Source: Macrostomum lignano (Eukaryota). Taken from it: a DNA stretch of 64,000 bases. The translations under genes and the position numbers were made by a program. The stretch covers positions 186,001 to 250,000 of the forward strand of contig NIVC01001103.1 in NCBI GenBank assembly GCA_002269645.1, written 5' to 3'. Shown in pieces: positions 41,012 to 54,000 of the stretch (position 1 is the stretch's first letter; every line of letters starts with the position of its first letter). The notes under the pieces are model-generated. The model did not search any database, was not told where the DNA came from, and worked only from the letters and a program-made list of their open reading frames with translations.

Positions 41012-42388
41012 GCTCCAAACAAATGTGACCGAGCATGGAGTTGAATCTAGGAACGCTGAGCTGCAGCTTCTAAGACCCCATCGCATGTGGCGAGGACTCA
41101 GCATAATACTGTAATATTCATATACGGCGCAGAAGTGGCTCGTATACAGTGTAGAAGCAATTCAAGGCGAGTCATGGCTACATGTAAACAAACCGTGACG
41201 ACCTGCGCTGTGCAATGCCACGGTCAGGGACTACGTAATAGAGAGGGGAAGGTGCGTCGGGTCTGTTCGCACTGCGGGTATACTGTATATTCCTTTATGC
41301 CGCACTTGCTATATTTTGACCCTAATTTGCCTGTACCTGGGTTTGGCCCCACCTCGTGCAATTTCTATTGCTATAAAGCTACATAAGCAGCGAAGAAAGA
41401 GAGAGCTGTTTTAGCTAATAGCTGCGTAGTAAACGCCAAAACAGACTCTCTTGTTCGCCCACCGAGCTGAAATATTTATATCCTTGTTATAGTAGGCCCA
41501 GGGCAGTAGCCCAGACCGCACTGGCAGGAGGAATAGGTCTATAATCGCTGTGCTTTCACCGTGCTCAATACTGTAAGAATCTGCGTGTTCTGATGAAGGG
41601 AGTTGAGCGCTTTATAGTTGGATCGGTGGACAGGAACTTATATAGCTTTCTTGGACTTTAATCCCACAGCTTGAGGGCTTTCATTGAAAGCTGCTATTTC
41701 CCATTCCTTACTGTGTTCCTTGCGTGCGCCGCGCAGCAGCTCCAGCTATAATCCCAACTCCATGCTTTGGCTCCCAAATACACCATGGCTGCTAGGATAC
41801 AGGAGGAGGGGGGACAAGAGCCCGCCAGCTCTACCTTCCCCCTAGCCCGGCAAATCCCACTACTCAGCATCCCCAGCCGTTCCGCCCTTCCCGCAGTCTC
41901 CGCAGAGGGAAGAGAGAAAAACACGTAGGGATGGAAACCTGTGTCCGGGGGGACGCAGGAACTGTACTCAGCCAGCCTCCTTAACTGCGCTCTCAGTCCT
42001 TATTCTTGGGAGAATTTTCCCATTCACTGTTCCTCTTAACCCTTCCTATCCAACCCCCACTCCCACCCAGCGTCCCTCCTCCATCGTCGCCCAGTTGCCA
42101 GTCCAGTAATCCTCCGCCTCCCTTCTCACTTGCGTGTTGTACGCAGCCCGCGAGAGAAACTTTTTAGTCTGTCAGGGCGATCAGCGCGGCTGCGAGGAGC
42201 GGGAGAGAGGAGAGAAGGCTTGGGAAATCAACCAAGACGGAAACTGAATGCGATCATAATATATATAGGCCAGACCAGCAGACACTGGAATAGCTTTCAA
42301 GACCTATACACCATATACTCATCTATATGCTCAACATCGTAGAGAGCAGATACTTGATTAACCACATCAACTCTTATTTGACTGGCAG

Positions 42389-45300
42389 GCGCTCACTGAA
42401 ATTCCGAGCCGGTTAAAATGTAAGTCATTCTTCTGCAGGTTTTTCTATTTAATAAAGATTGTTTTCACAGGTATTTTTATACAGTTTTTTTCGATTCTCA
42501 TTTTAAAGACTCGTATTAGCTACTGGTAGTTGCAGACTCTGAAAGGAATATTATACATATAGCGGAACCGCCGAAGGATCTGGTGGGGGTTATGCGCAAT
42601 CACTTTAGAGCCTGAGGGTACCAGGACCTGAGGGTACTGAAGGACCTGACGATACTGTTAGAGACTGAGGGTACCAGGACCTGAGGGTACTGAAGGACCT
42701 GACGATACTGTTAGAGACTGAGGGTACCAGGACCTGAGGGTACTGAAGGACCTGACGATACTGTTAGAGACTGAGGGTACCAGGACCTGAGGGTACTGAA
42801 GGACCTGACGATACTGTTAGAGACTGAGGGTACCAGGACCTGAGGGTACTGAAGGACATGACGATACTGTTAGAGACTGAGGGTACCAGGACCTGAGGGT
42901 ACTGAAGGACATGAAGATACTGAAGGACCTGAGGGTACTGAAGGACCTGAGGGTACTAAAGGACCTGAGGGTACTGAAGGACCTGAGGGTACTGAAGGAC
43001 CTGAGGGTACTGAAGGACCTGAGGGTACTGAAGGACCTGAGGGTACTGAAGGACCTGAGGGTACTGAAGGACCTGAGGGTACTGAAGGACCTGAGGGTAC
43101 TGAAGGACCTGAGGGTACTGAAGGACCTGAGGGTACTGAAGAACCTGACGATACTGTTAGAGACTGAGGGTACCAGGACCTGAGGGTACTGAAGGACATG
43201 ACGATACTGTTAGAGACTGAGGGTACCAGGACCTGAGTGTACTGAAGGACCTGAGGGTACTGAAGGACCTGAGGGTACTGAAGGACCTGAGGGTACTGAA
43301 GGACCTGAGGGTACTGAAGGACCTGAGGGTACTGAAGGACCTGAGGGTAATGAAGGACCTGAGGGTAATGAAGGACCTGAGGGTACTGAAGGACCAGAGG
43401 GTACTGAAGGACCTAAGGGTACTGAAGGACCTGAGGGTACTGAAGGACCTGAGGGTAATGAAGGACCTGAGGGTACTGAAGGACCTGAGGGTAATGAAGG
43501 ACCTGAGGGTACTGAAGGAACTGAAGGTACTGAAGGAACTGAAGGTACTGAAGGACCAGAGGGTACTGAAGGACCTAAGGGTACTGAAGGACCTGAGGGT
43601 ACTGAAGAACCTGAGGGTAATGAAGAACCTGAGGGTACTGAAGGACCTGAGGGTACTGAAGGACCTGAGGGTACTGAAGGAACTGAAGGTACTGAAGGAC
43701 CTGACGATACTGTTAGAGACTGAAGGTACCAGGACCTGAGGGTACTAAAGGAACTGAAGGTACTGAAGGACCTGACGATACTGTTAAAGACTGAGGGTAC
43801 CAGGACCTGAGGGTACTGAAGGACCTGACGATACTGTTAGAGACTGAGGGTACCAGGACCTGAGGGTACTGAAGGACATGAAGATACTGAAGGACCCAAG
43901 AGTACTGAAGGACCTGAGGGTAATGAAGGACCTGACGATACTGTTAGAGAATGAGGGTACCAGGACCTGAGGGTACTGAAGGACCTGACGATACTGTTAG
44001 AGACTGAGGGTACCAGGACCTGAGGGTACTGAAGGACATGAAGATACTGAAGGACCCAAGAGTACTGAAGGACCTGAGGATACTGAAGGACCTGAGGATA
44101 ATGAAGGACCTGAGGGTACTGAATGACCTAAGGATACTGAAGGAACTGAGGGTACTGAATGAACTGAGGGTACTGAAAGACCTGAGGGTACTGAATGAAC
44201 TGAGGGTACTGAAAGACCTGAGGGTACTGAAGGACCTGAGGATACTGAAGGAACCGAGGTACTGAAGAACCTGAGGATACTGAAGGAACCGAGGGTACTG
44301 AAGCACCTGAAGGGCATGCGAATCGAACGAACTTTCCGCTATCTGTACATCGCTGTCAATTCGAGTGAACTCGGTGCGCACAGAAGTGCAGTTAAAGTTC
44401 CAGCTGAACTGAAGTACATGAGTACCAGAGTGCTCTGTAGAAAATGGCATGGCCCAACCTTTCCGTACAATCACGTACAACCAATCAGCAAAGCCTTACG
44501 TATAACACTTTGCACTCACTCGCTGAGAAAAATGCACTTCGATTAAGTGCTTTTGAATGTACGCGCAACGTACATCGGGCAGTTGCGTCCATTAAAAATA
44601 TGTACATTGCCTTCCGTGTGCGGGTGTGTTGAAATTTGGTCTAATAGCTCGTAATTTTATGACCAAGGTTTATCAGCTGTTTATAATTCAGTAATTTCAC
44701 TAGGTATGGGCTGATTGGAGTCTTAAATTAAGTCTATTTTCTATCTGCAAATTGTACACTTTGGAACTACAGCATTAAAATACTTGAAGCTTGAAGTTGA
44801 AGTTCGATCCAGCTTTAAGATAAACTTGTCTGAACCCAGTACGCACGAAATTTTACAGTCAGCTTTCAGCAGGAACTGTGATTGTTATTATTTGCGCAGA
44901 AAAGCTCTATTACTTAAATTATTACAGTAATAAAGCAGGAACTGTGCGCGTTGCCAAAAGAGGATATTCATATATTTGATAATTTTCTATTTTTATTATT
45001 TTAATGAAATTGCCCAGAGCAGCCCAAGCGGTCATGACTGGCGAGTACAGGCGCAGCTTTGAGAACACTCACTATCGTCGGGCCGAACTGCTCGGCACTG
45101 AGCTGGGCGAGGACACCTGTACGCTGACGTTTAAGTGAGTCTGCTATGAGCTCTTCTTAAGTAAGCTTAAGTACGCATAATTCAACTCCATTAGTAAGTT
45201 TATAGTAACAAACTCAAGGCAATAAAACTTTGTTTTAAAAAAAGTGCATTTCGATGCATTTCGAAGCAATGGCAATGAATTCCTTAATTTCTGTCGATAG

Positions 45301-47974
45301 TATAAATTAAAATTTGTTTAAATGAAGCCAACCGCAGGAGGAGTTTCTCAAGCTCGAAATTACGCATAATCAACAAGCAAGTCTTTTCGAAGAACTTGAA
45401 AGTTCTTTCTATATAAACGAAATAAAAACAAACTATTAATTAATAGTATAGACTGATTAAAACAGAAATTAGTTAAAAACTTAATCTCATGTATTTTGTT
45501 TTTAAAAGCATGCTTTTATCTTAACTTTTTTTACCAAGTTTAATTTCTTCATAAGTTCATAAAAATCCGGGTGTTCTTCATTGGTCAACCAGCCTGAATA
45601 TCAGGTCTCTACTCTACTTTTCAAAATTCAAAATGTTGACTGGAAAAATTGCTGAGCCCCCCGAGGACTGTCAATTGCAAGAACAAAATAAATCTTCGAG
45701 ATTTCTCAGTCACTAGCATTAAAACCCCCACCCCCAACCGATAAAGCCCCTAATGTAGGACTCCCCAACCGATAAGAATTTACCGCAGAGGTTTCCCCCA
45801 CCGACAAGTGGATTCCCCTTTCCCGCAGGGGTTTCCCCCACCGACAAGTGGATTCCCCTTTCCCGCAGGGGTTTCCCCCCACCGACAAGTGGATTCCCCT
45901 TTCCCGCAGGGGATTCCCCCACCGACAAGTGGATTCCCCTTTCCCGCAGGGGATTCCCCCACCGACAAGTGGATTCCCCTTTCCCGCAGCGGATTCCCCC
46001 ACCGACAAGTAACCCTAACCCTAACCCGGATTCCCCATTTCCCACAGGGCATTCCCCCACCGACAAATGGATTTCCCATTTCCCGCAGGGGATTTCCCCA
46101 CTGACAAGCCTACGTGAGGTTTATTTGCTTAAAAAGTGTTTAAATAAAGTTTTTTCTCTTGCTTGCCGACACATTTTTATAAAGAAAGATTTTAAAACTA
46201 CCAAAGTCTATCGTTAAAATAACGGCCTTCGGTCTCAAAAAAAGCGATTAATTATCTTGTACCTACTAAAATTCGAAGACGCTGCAAGTAGCAAGCGAGC
46301 GAACCAACGCCCCCGCTTAGCAGTTGGCATGAGGGAGTGGAATGAAAACAAATTTTCCACAGCTAACTAGTTTAAAAGAGGAACCGGGTCTCAGATCAGG
46401 CGATATCCATGAAGCTAGTTGCTATTAGGTCTCACAGCTATAGCAATAAAGTTGTTGCAAATTCTGGCATTCTGGCATAGCTGGCATTCTTCAAGTGCAC
46501 GCCTTCCATACGGGAGCGCTCCCACACACAGGGCGCTCCCATTGTCGCCGCCCGACTCGCAGCAAAACTAGCTTTTTTCTTCTTTTGCTACACCATCTGG
46601 CTTGCGTTTGAGTCTTCGCGGTGCGCGCGCCAGCCCAGAGCATGGGTTCGAGAGAGATCTCTATACGCTTGTGTGTGTATGTATGGCTCCTATTGATTTT
46701 ATTCGAATCGAACGGCAACCCACCCCTCCTTCACATTCCCCAGCCCTGTTGAGCGCATATCTGTCTCTGCTCCTCGCTCATTCCATATCAAGCGTAACAC
46801 TTGAGAATTTAGCCGCATTACAAATATCTAGCAGTTTTATTTATATATTGAAGCATTGGCGGCACTGGGCGAGGTGTGAGCCTATTATAATTTACTAATA
46901 GTCTACTATATTATATATACTCTAAGCCAAAAGTTTCAATGCTAACAGGCAGCCGCCGCAGGTGACCTGTGGGGGACTTCAGATTTCTAACAACTGGTGT
47001 GGATCTGCTTATAGCAGTCTGCATCAGCTGCATATTGTAGTTACCTGCTGCTGAGCACTGAAGCACCATGGAGTAAGTACCGATCTGCACTGCTAGCATT
47101 TCAGAATCTTGCTAATTTGCTTACAGAGTTATGATTGAAATGGAATTCTAGATATAGCTCAGGCCCAACGGCAAGCAATATCAAAATAGACATTTGATCA
47201 CTTTCGTAGATACAGCAAGTGTCCAACACATGCAGTTACCAGTAGACATGATGGCGGATAGCAGACACAACCGCAGATACCAGCAGACACAATTTCAGAT
47301 ACCAGCAGACACAACCGCAGATACCAGCAGACACAATTTCAGATACCAGCAGACACAATCGCAGATACCAGCAGACACAACTGTAGATACCAGCAGACAC
47401 AACTGCAGATACCAGCAGACACAACTGCAGATACCAGCAGACACAATCGCAGATACCAGCAGACACAACTGTAGATACCAGCAGACACAACTGCAGATAC
47501 CAGCAGACACAACCGCAGATATCAGCAGACACGATCGCAGATACCAGCAGACACAACCATAGATACCAGCAGACACAACCGCAGACACCAGCAGACACAA
47601 CCGTAGATACCAGCAGACACAACCGCAGACACCAGCAGACACAACCGTAGATACCAGCAGACACAACCGCAGACACCAGTAGCTACACACAGCCAGGCTT
47701 GCACTGCCCAGCCTCAGCACTCAGAGCCAAACGCCCCGCTTCCAGAGGTGAGACCCACCAGCTAAACGACAAGACAGTCCCACCAGCCGGAAAGTACACA
47801 GAGGAAGCCAGGTATATCTTGCAGTTTGCGCCTCCATTCTTGAAACTCTTGCAGCGGTGGCGGGACGCAAGATGCGTTGCTATTTTTTTTCACAGCATTT
47901 TGAACTGCTTCGATTGCATGACGAATCGGTTTCTGCGATCTCTGTGCCAGTTTTACTTTGCGAACTCAATATAG
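42389..47974 (+). CDS. Putative multi-exon gene of unknown function, possibly disrupted
   Basis: Candidate exons 42389-42419, 42563-~42617, ~44294-44413, 45018-45134, 46949-47072, 47693-47974 with canonical sites and matching phases; in-frame TGA at 42613 and 47052. No family recognised. Confidence 0.4.
42612..44313. repeat. Compound array: 18-bp unit (GAGGGTACTGAAGGACCT) with 53-bp higher-order units
   Basis: Period 53 at 42661/42714; long 18-bp runs in between. Confidence 0.97.
45790..46105. repeat. ~40-bp tandem repeat (ACCGACAAGTGGATTCCCCTTTCCCGCAGGGGWTTCCCCC), ~8 copies
   Basis: Read directly. Confidence 0.93.
47260..47680. repeat. 22-bp tandem repeat (GCAGACACAACCGCAGATACCA), ~19 copies
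   Basis: Read directly. Confidence 0.95.
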
Positions 47975-48002
47975 GAAATTATCAAGCTAAAACTTAACAT
48001 TG

Positions 48003-51000
48003 ATGCCTCCCAGCAACCCGCCCGAGACGGATGGCGACCGAGATCTCATTGTTGGCGATGGTAGCGGCGGCAGCAGTGGAGGCGCCGGCCCGCCTCTGTC
48101 CAAAGTGCGCATTTTGCTGCTCAACTTGTCCTTCCTCGGCCTGAACCTCATGTTCCTGGTGCTCTCCGTAGTAGGTGAGGAAATGTTGAACTGAACTTGA
48201 ACTGAGGAAATATTGGTTGGTGCAAAGTTATTGGGGACTTGAGATCGATTTATTAATATTGACCCGGCTCTTGACAGAAATTATTAAGAGTTGGACCAAG
48301 CTAAATTCAGTGAGATTAGATTCAGGCGAGATTAGATTCAGGTGAGATTAGATTCAGGTGAGATTAGATTCAGGTGAGATTAGATTCAGGTGAGATTAGA
48401 TTTAGGTGGGATTAGATTCAGGCGAGATTAGATTCAGTGAGATTAGATTCTGGTGAGATTAGATTCTGGTGAGATTCGATTCTGGTGAGATTAGATTCAG
48501 GTGAGATTAGATTTAGGTGGGATTAGATTCAGGTGAGATTAGATTCAGTGAGATTAGATTCTGCTGAGATTAGATTCTGGTGAGATTCGATTCTGGTGAG
48601 ATTAGATTCAGGTGAGATTAGATTTAGGTGGGATTAGATTCAGGTGAGATTAGATTCTGCTGAGATTAGATTCTGCTGAGATTAGATTCTGGTGAGATTC
48701 GATTCTGGTGAGATTCGATTCTGGTGAGATTAGGTTCTGGTGAGATTAGATTCTGGTGAGATTAGATTCTGGTGAGATTCGATTCTGGTGAGATTAGGTT
48801 CTGGTGAGATTAGATTCTGGTGAGATTAGATTCTGGTGAGATTAGATTCTGGTGAGATTAGATTTAGGTGAGGTTAGAATCAGTGAGATTAGATTCAAGT
48901 AAGATTAGACTCAGGTGAGGTTAGATTCAGATGAGATTAGATTCAGTTGATACTAAATTCAGGTAAGATTATATTTACGATAGATTAGATTCAGGTGGGA
49001 TTAAATTGTGAAAAAATTACACATGAATTATTGAAAGGTATTGATCGCTAAATCAACAATACATGGATAAAACATGTTATTGTAATCCCACAATTCCTTC
49101 CCACCGAACCGTTCCAGTGGTCCCAGCCCAGGTGCAGGCGATGGTCGGTTCGGGCAACAAGGGCTCGGTGTTGGGCGGCATGGTGGCCGGTGGCGCCGTG
49201 CTGACCTTCATCTCTGGCCCGCTAATCGGCATGCAGAGCGATCGGCTGGTGTCCAAATTCGGACGTCGGCGACCCGTCATGGTGGTGGCCACGCTGTGTC
49301 TGTGGTGAGTTGCCCGCACTTTTTGCTGGTAGTGGGGTGGGTGCGGAGTGCGGTGTCTGTGGAGTGCGGTGTCTATGGAATGCGGTGTCTATGGAGTGCG
49401 GTGTCTATGGAGTGCAGTGTCTATGGAATGCGGTGTCTATGGAGTGCGGTGTCTATGGAGTGCGGTGTCTATGGAGTGCAGTGTCTATGGAATGCAGTGT
49501 CTATGGAGTGCGGTGTCTATGGAGTGCAGTGTCTATGGAATGCAGTGTCTATGGAGTGCGGTGTCTATGGAGTGCAGTGTCTATGGAGTGCAGTGTCTAT
49601 GTAGTGCGGTGTCTATGGAGTACGGTGTCTATGGAGTGCAGTGTCTATGAAGTGCGGTGTCTATGGAGTGCGGTGTCTATGGAGTGCGGTGTCTATGGAG
49701 TGCAGTGTCTATGTAGTGCGGTGTCTATGGAGTGCAGTGTCTATGAAGTGCGGTGTCTATGGAGTGCGGTGTCTATGGAGTGCGGTGTCTATAGAGTGCA
49801 GTGTCTATGGAGTGCAGCGTCTATGGAGTGCAGTGTCTATGGAGTGCAGCGTCTATGGAGTGCAGTGTCTATGGAGTGCGGTGTCTATGGAGTGCAGTGT
49901 CTATGGAGTGCGGTGTCTATGGAGTACGGTGTCTATGGAGTGCAGTGTCTATGAAGTGCGGTGTCTATGGAGTGCGGTGTCTATGGAGTGCGGTGTCTAT
50001 GGAGTGCAGTGTCTATGGAGTGCAGCGTCTATGGTGTGCAGTGTCTATGGAGTGCAGCGTCTATGGAGTGCAGTGTCTATGGAGTGCGGTGTCTATGGAG
50101 TGCGGTGTCTATGGACTGCAGCGTCTATGGAGTGCAGTGTCTATGGAGTGCGGTGTCTATGGAAGCTTCAGTCGTAGTGTCGTCGCTGTAATAAGTCAGT
50201 TCATCAATAAATTTGAAAAGTATTCGGAAAGTATGGAAGCTAGCGGAGCAATTTATTTGTAATTTCTGCTATTGTTGACAGCTAAGATCTTTTATTAAAT
50301 AGATCTTTTCACCTGCTTTTCGCTGGGTACCTTGCCGCTATTTTCCCATTGTTGTTGGCGCCGCATTTTTTCGATGCACTTTCTGACCCTTTCCCCTTCC
50401 CGCTCTTTTGAATTCCCCAGTCACTCTCGCACTCCAGCTTCCCTTGCTTAATCAGCGCTTGAGGCCACCGTCTGTTCCGCCCTGCCTGCAGCCCTCTGCC
50501 TCTCCAACCTTTCCGCACGGCTCTGGGAGGCGAGCAGAGGGAATAGAATAGAAAATCGATGCCCCACACCATAGCAGAGAAAAAACAGTTCTCAACACGC
50601 GCTGATGTCGCACCCGCTCACTCACTCATTTCAGTCTGGGCCTGCTCGGCATGGGACTGAGCGCGCCGAAGGTGCACTTGTGAGTGACTGCCGATTTCCG
50701 TTCGTGATTTAAAAAAGGCGCCAGTTTAAAAAAATCACTTTCGTTATTTGATAATTTCCTGGAATTTTAAAATTACAACACTACTTTTAGTAACATATTC
50801 CCATGTAGTGTCTCGTTTGTATTTTCTGCTTTGAAGCCTCTTTACTCTGCTTCTTTTGTTGCAGCAAAAAAATGGTCAATGGAGAAAATGGAACTTCGAA
50901 TATCGACGAAAACGGAATGGTAAGGGAAGGGCAGCTCATTGTTTAAGGCAACCCAAACTTAACACAACCCAGCTCAAACCCCAACCCGAAACCAGCCCCA

Positions 51001-54000
51001 GCTCAAACCCCAACCCGAATCCAGTCCCAGTTCAAACCCCATCCCGAAACCAGCCCAGCTCAAACCCCAACCCGAATCCAGTCCCAGCTCAAACCCCATC
51101 CCGAAACCAGCCCAGCTCAAACCCCATCCCGAATCCAGCCCAGCTCAAGCCCCAACCCCAACTCGCGGCGCCCACAGTGCAACGTGGACCTGGTGCAAGT
51201 CCGCTGCAAGCCGTTCTACCAGTACAGAAACGGCAGCAGCTACTACAACCCCTACCTGAAGGAGTATCGCACCAAAAAAGTGGTGCTGGAAGCCAAAGAG
51301 GAAAATCTTGCCGTGGATGACGAAGTTTTATCCGGAAGTCTGGGTTAGTAACTCTTAGTGGCAAAAAAATATGTTTACAATAGTTGCCATGGCTACTGTA
51401 TTTTTAGGCCCATATTATACAATATTAAACGCATTACAATCATTGCAGGCCTATTCATACCGTTCTATTTTGTGGTGACAGTCTCCTACGTGTGCACCAT
51501 CACACCCTATAACGCTCTCATCGCTGACAAGGCGCATCCATCCCAGAGAGGTTAATTCTTTGCAATAAAAACACAAGTTATATGAGTGTCATTAAAATAA
51601 CTGTACTATGTTTCCTACTGCGGACAGTAATAAGTGGAGCACGTGTTCGTTATAATCAATTTCCAGGTCTCAGCAGCGGAGTTATGGGCGGCATGATTCT
51701 GCTGGGCAACATTTCCGGGGCCGCGTTAGGGCTGTTTATAAACGTATGTGACTTTGGCTTAGTGTGGCTTTAACTGTACTATATCTGCTAATCCTCTTAG
51801 TCTGAGTATCATCCGTTGAGCACAGTCAGCTGACTCACTATTGAGCACAGTGAGCAGCACAGTCAGCTGACTCACTATTGAGCACAGTGAGCAGCACAGT
51901 CAGCTGACTCACTATTGAGCACAGTGAGCAGCACAGTCAGCTGACTCACTATTGAGCACAGTGAGCAGCACAGTCAGCTGACTCACTATTGAGCACAGTG
52001 AGCAGCACAGTCAGCTGACTCACTATTGAGCACAGTGAGCAGCACAGTCAGCTGACTCACTATTGAGTACAGTGAGCAGCACAGTCAGCTGACTCACTAT
52101 TGAGTACAGTGAGCAGTCAGCTGAGCACTAATTCTAAATCTCCCACTCCAACAGAACCTTGGCGTCCTGGGTCTGTATGGCGTGGTGATCTGCATCCTGA
52201 TTCCCTGCATCGCAATCACAGTGTTCTCAGTAGAAGAACCGCCAACAAAGGACACGCATCCACCAATCAGTGAGTCTCTGAGAACAAATTTCGCCTGATC
52301 AAAGTTTGAAAATCGATTAACTCCATTTTTTATTTCATTTTTTGCAGAATGCAAGGACCTGCTACTTGGATTTTGGATGCCATTGAAAGGTATTTTAAAA
52401 CCTTACTCGACTACTTATCATTGCAGTAATCAGTAGTAAAAGAAAAGTCGTCAAATTCATTTTATTGCATTGATACTAATTTTTCAGAACACGACTTTCG
52501 ATGGGTTTTTATTACTCGTTTCCTGATGCAGCAGGGATTATCAACTGTCGTTGGGTAAGTGTTAAGCTACTCATAGTAGCATACAGTCTGTTTATTTTTT
52601 AATTAACCAATTGTTTATCCGTCCTGCAGATTCTTGGAATACTGGCTTGGCGACATGGTGAACCTGCCGAATTGCTGGAACGCGGCTAAGGGCGTCTCAA
52701 TGCTGCTCATTCCGCTGCTCTGCACTGCCGCGCTATCGTGAGTCGTTTATAAATGAAATTTCATTATTGGAGTCTCTGGGAAAATATTTACTTTGCTGTC
52801 GGTTGCCAGCCAATCAGCTCAGAGTTCAGTATCTCAGCCAATCAGCTCAGAGTTCAGTGTCTTAGCCAATCAGCTTAGAGTTCAGTATCTCAGCCAATCA
52901 GCTCAGAGTTCAGTATCCCAGCCAATCAGCTCAGTGTTCAGTGTCCCAGCCAATCAGCTCAGAGTTCAGTGTCCCAGCCAATCAGCTCAGAGTTCAGTGT
53001 CCCAGCCAATCAGCTCAGAGTTCAGTGTCCCAGCCAATCAGCTCAGAGTTCAGTGTCCCAGCCAATCAGCTCAGGTTCAGTGTCCCAGCCAATCAGCTCA
53101 GAGTTCAGTTTCCCAGCCAATCAGCTCAGGTTCAGTGTCGCAGCCAATCAGCTCAGAGTTCAGTGTCCCAACCAATCAGCTCACAGTTCAGTATCCCAGC
53201 CAATCAGCTCAGGTTCAGTGTCGCAGCTAATCAGCTCAGAGTTCAGTGTCCCAACCAATCAGCTCACAGTTCAGTATCCCAGCCAATCAGCTCAGGTTCA
53301 GTGCCGCAGCCAATCAGCCCAGAGTGCACAGTCGCAGCCAAAACCCCACCCCGTCGCCACAGCTCCGTGGTCTCCGGCCTGCTGTCAGACAAGATCGGCC
53401 GCCGCAAGCCCCTGGTGATCGCCGCCTCCGTCCTGATGGGCTTCAGCGCCGCGTTCCTGGCAGGCCTGCGCGGCCAGCACGCCTTCTACATCGCTACCGC
53501 CCTCTCCGTGATCTTCGGCCTCTCATTCGGCGGCTACCAGGCTGTGGACTTCGCCCTGCTCATGGACGTGCTGCCTGACGAGAATGACAAGTCACGTGAC
53601 ATCGCCGTCTGGCAGCAGGTTCGTTTTTAGAGAACTACCTTGGGATTTACCAATGCTTGCTGTCTCAGCCCAATCAAAATTCTCTTGGATAACTCAGCCA
53701 AGCCGTGGAACATCTCAAATCCCATCTAGAAGATTTATGATGTCCCATCTACTTCTTAAAATCTTTAGTATTTTATAGAATTCCAACTGTATCCTATCTA
53801 GAATTCCATCTCAAATCCCATTTTGAATTTCAATTGCATACCAATTGCATCGTTCATCTCGAATTCCATCTTAAACCTCATCCCGAATCCCCAGCATCCC
53901 ATTCTGAATCCCAAGCATCCCATCTCAAATCCCATCCTGAATCCCAATTGCATCCCATCTCAAATCCTATTCTGAATCCAAGCATCCCATCCTGAATCCT

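Noticed and set aside
41694-42342. GC-rich ORFs 41694-41924 (-) and 42130-42342 (+)
   Set aside because: No recognisable domain or splice support; may be promoter or repeat sequence.
42420-42438. 19-nt GTAAGT..CTGCAG micro-intron
   Set aside because: Too short for normal splicing, and the downstream sequence is AT-rich without an open frame; the donor pairs better with the acceptor at 42562.
42900-43740. Collagen-like Gly-X-Y frame (GTEGPE)n
   Set aside because: The frame is broken by 53-bp units and stops and has no start or signal peptide; a by-product of an 18-bp unit.
47700-47870. Minus-strand open stretch ([15 protein letters not shown]...)
   Set aside because: No start or convincing splice sites; overlaps a plus-strand candidate exon.
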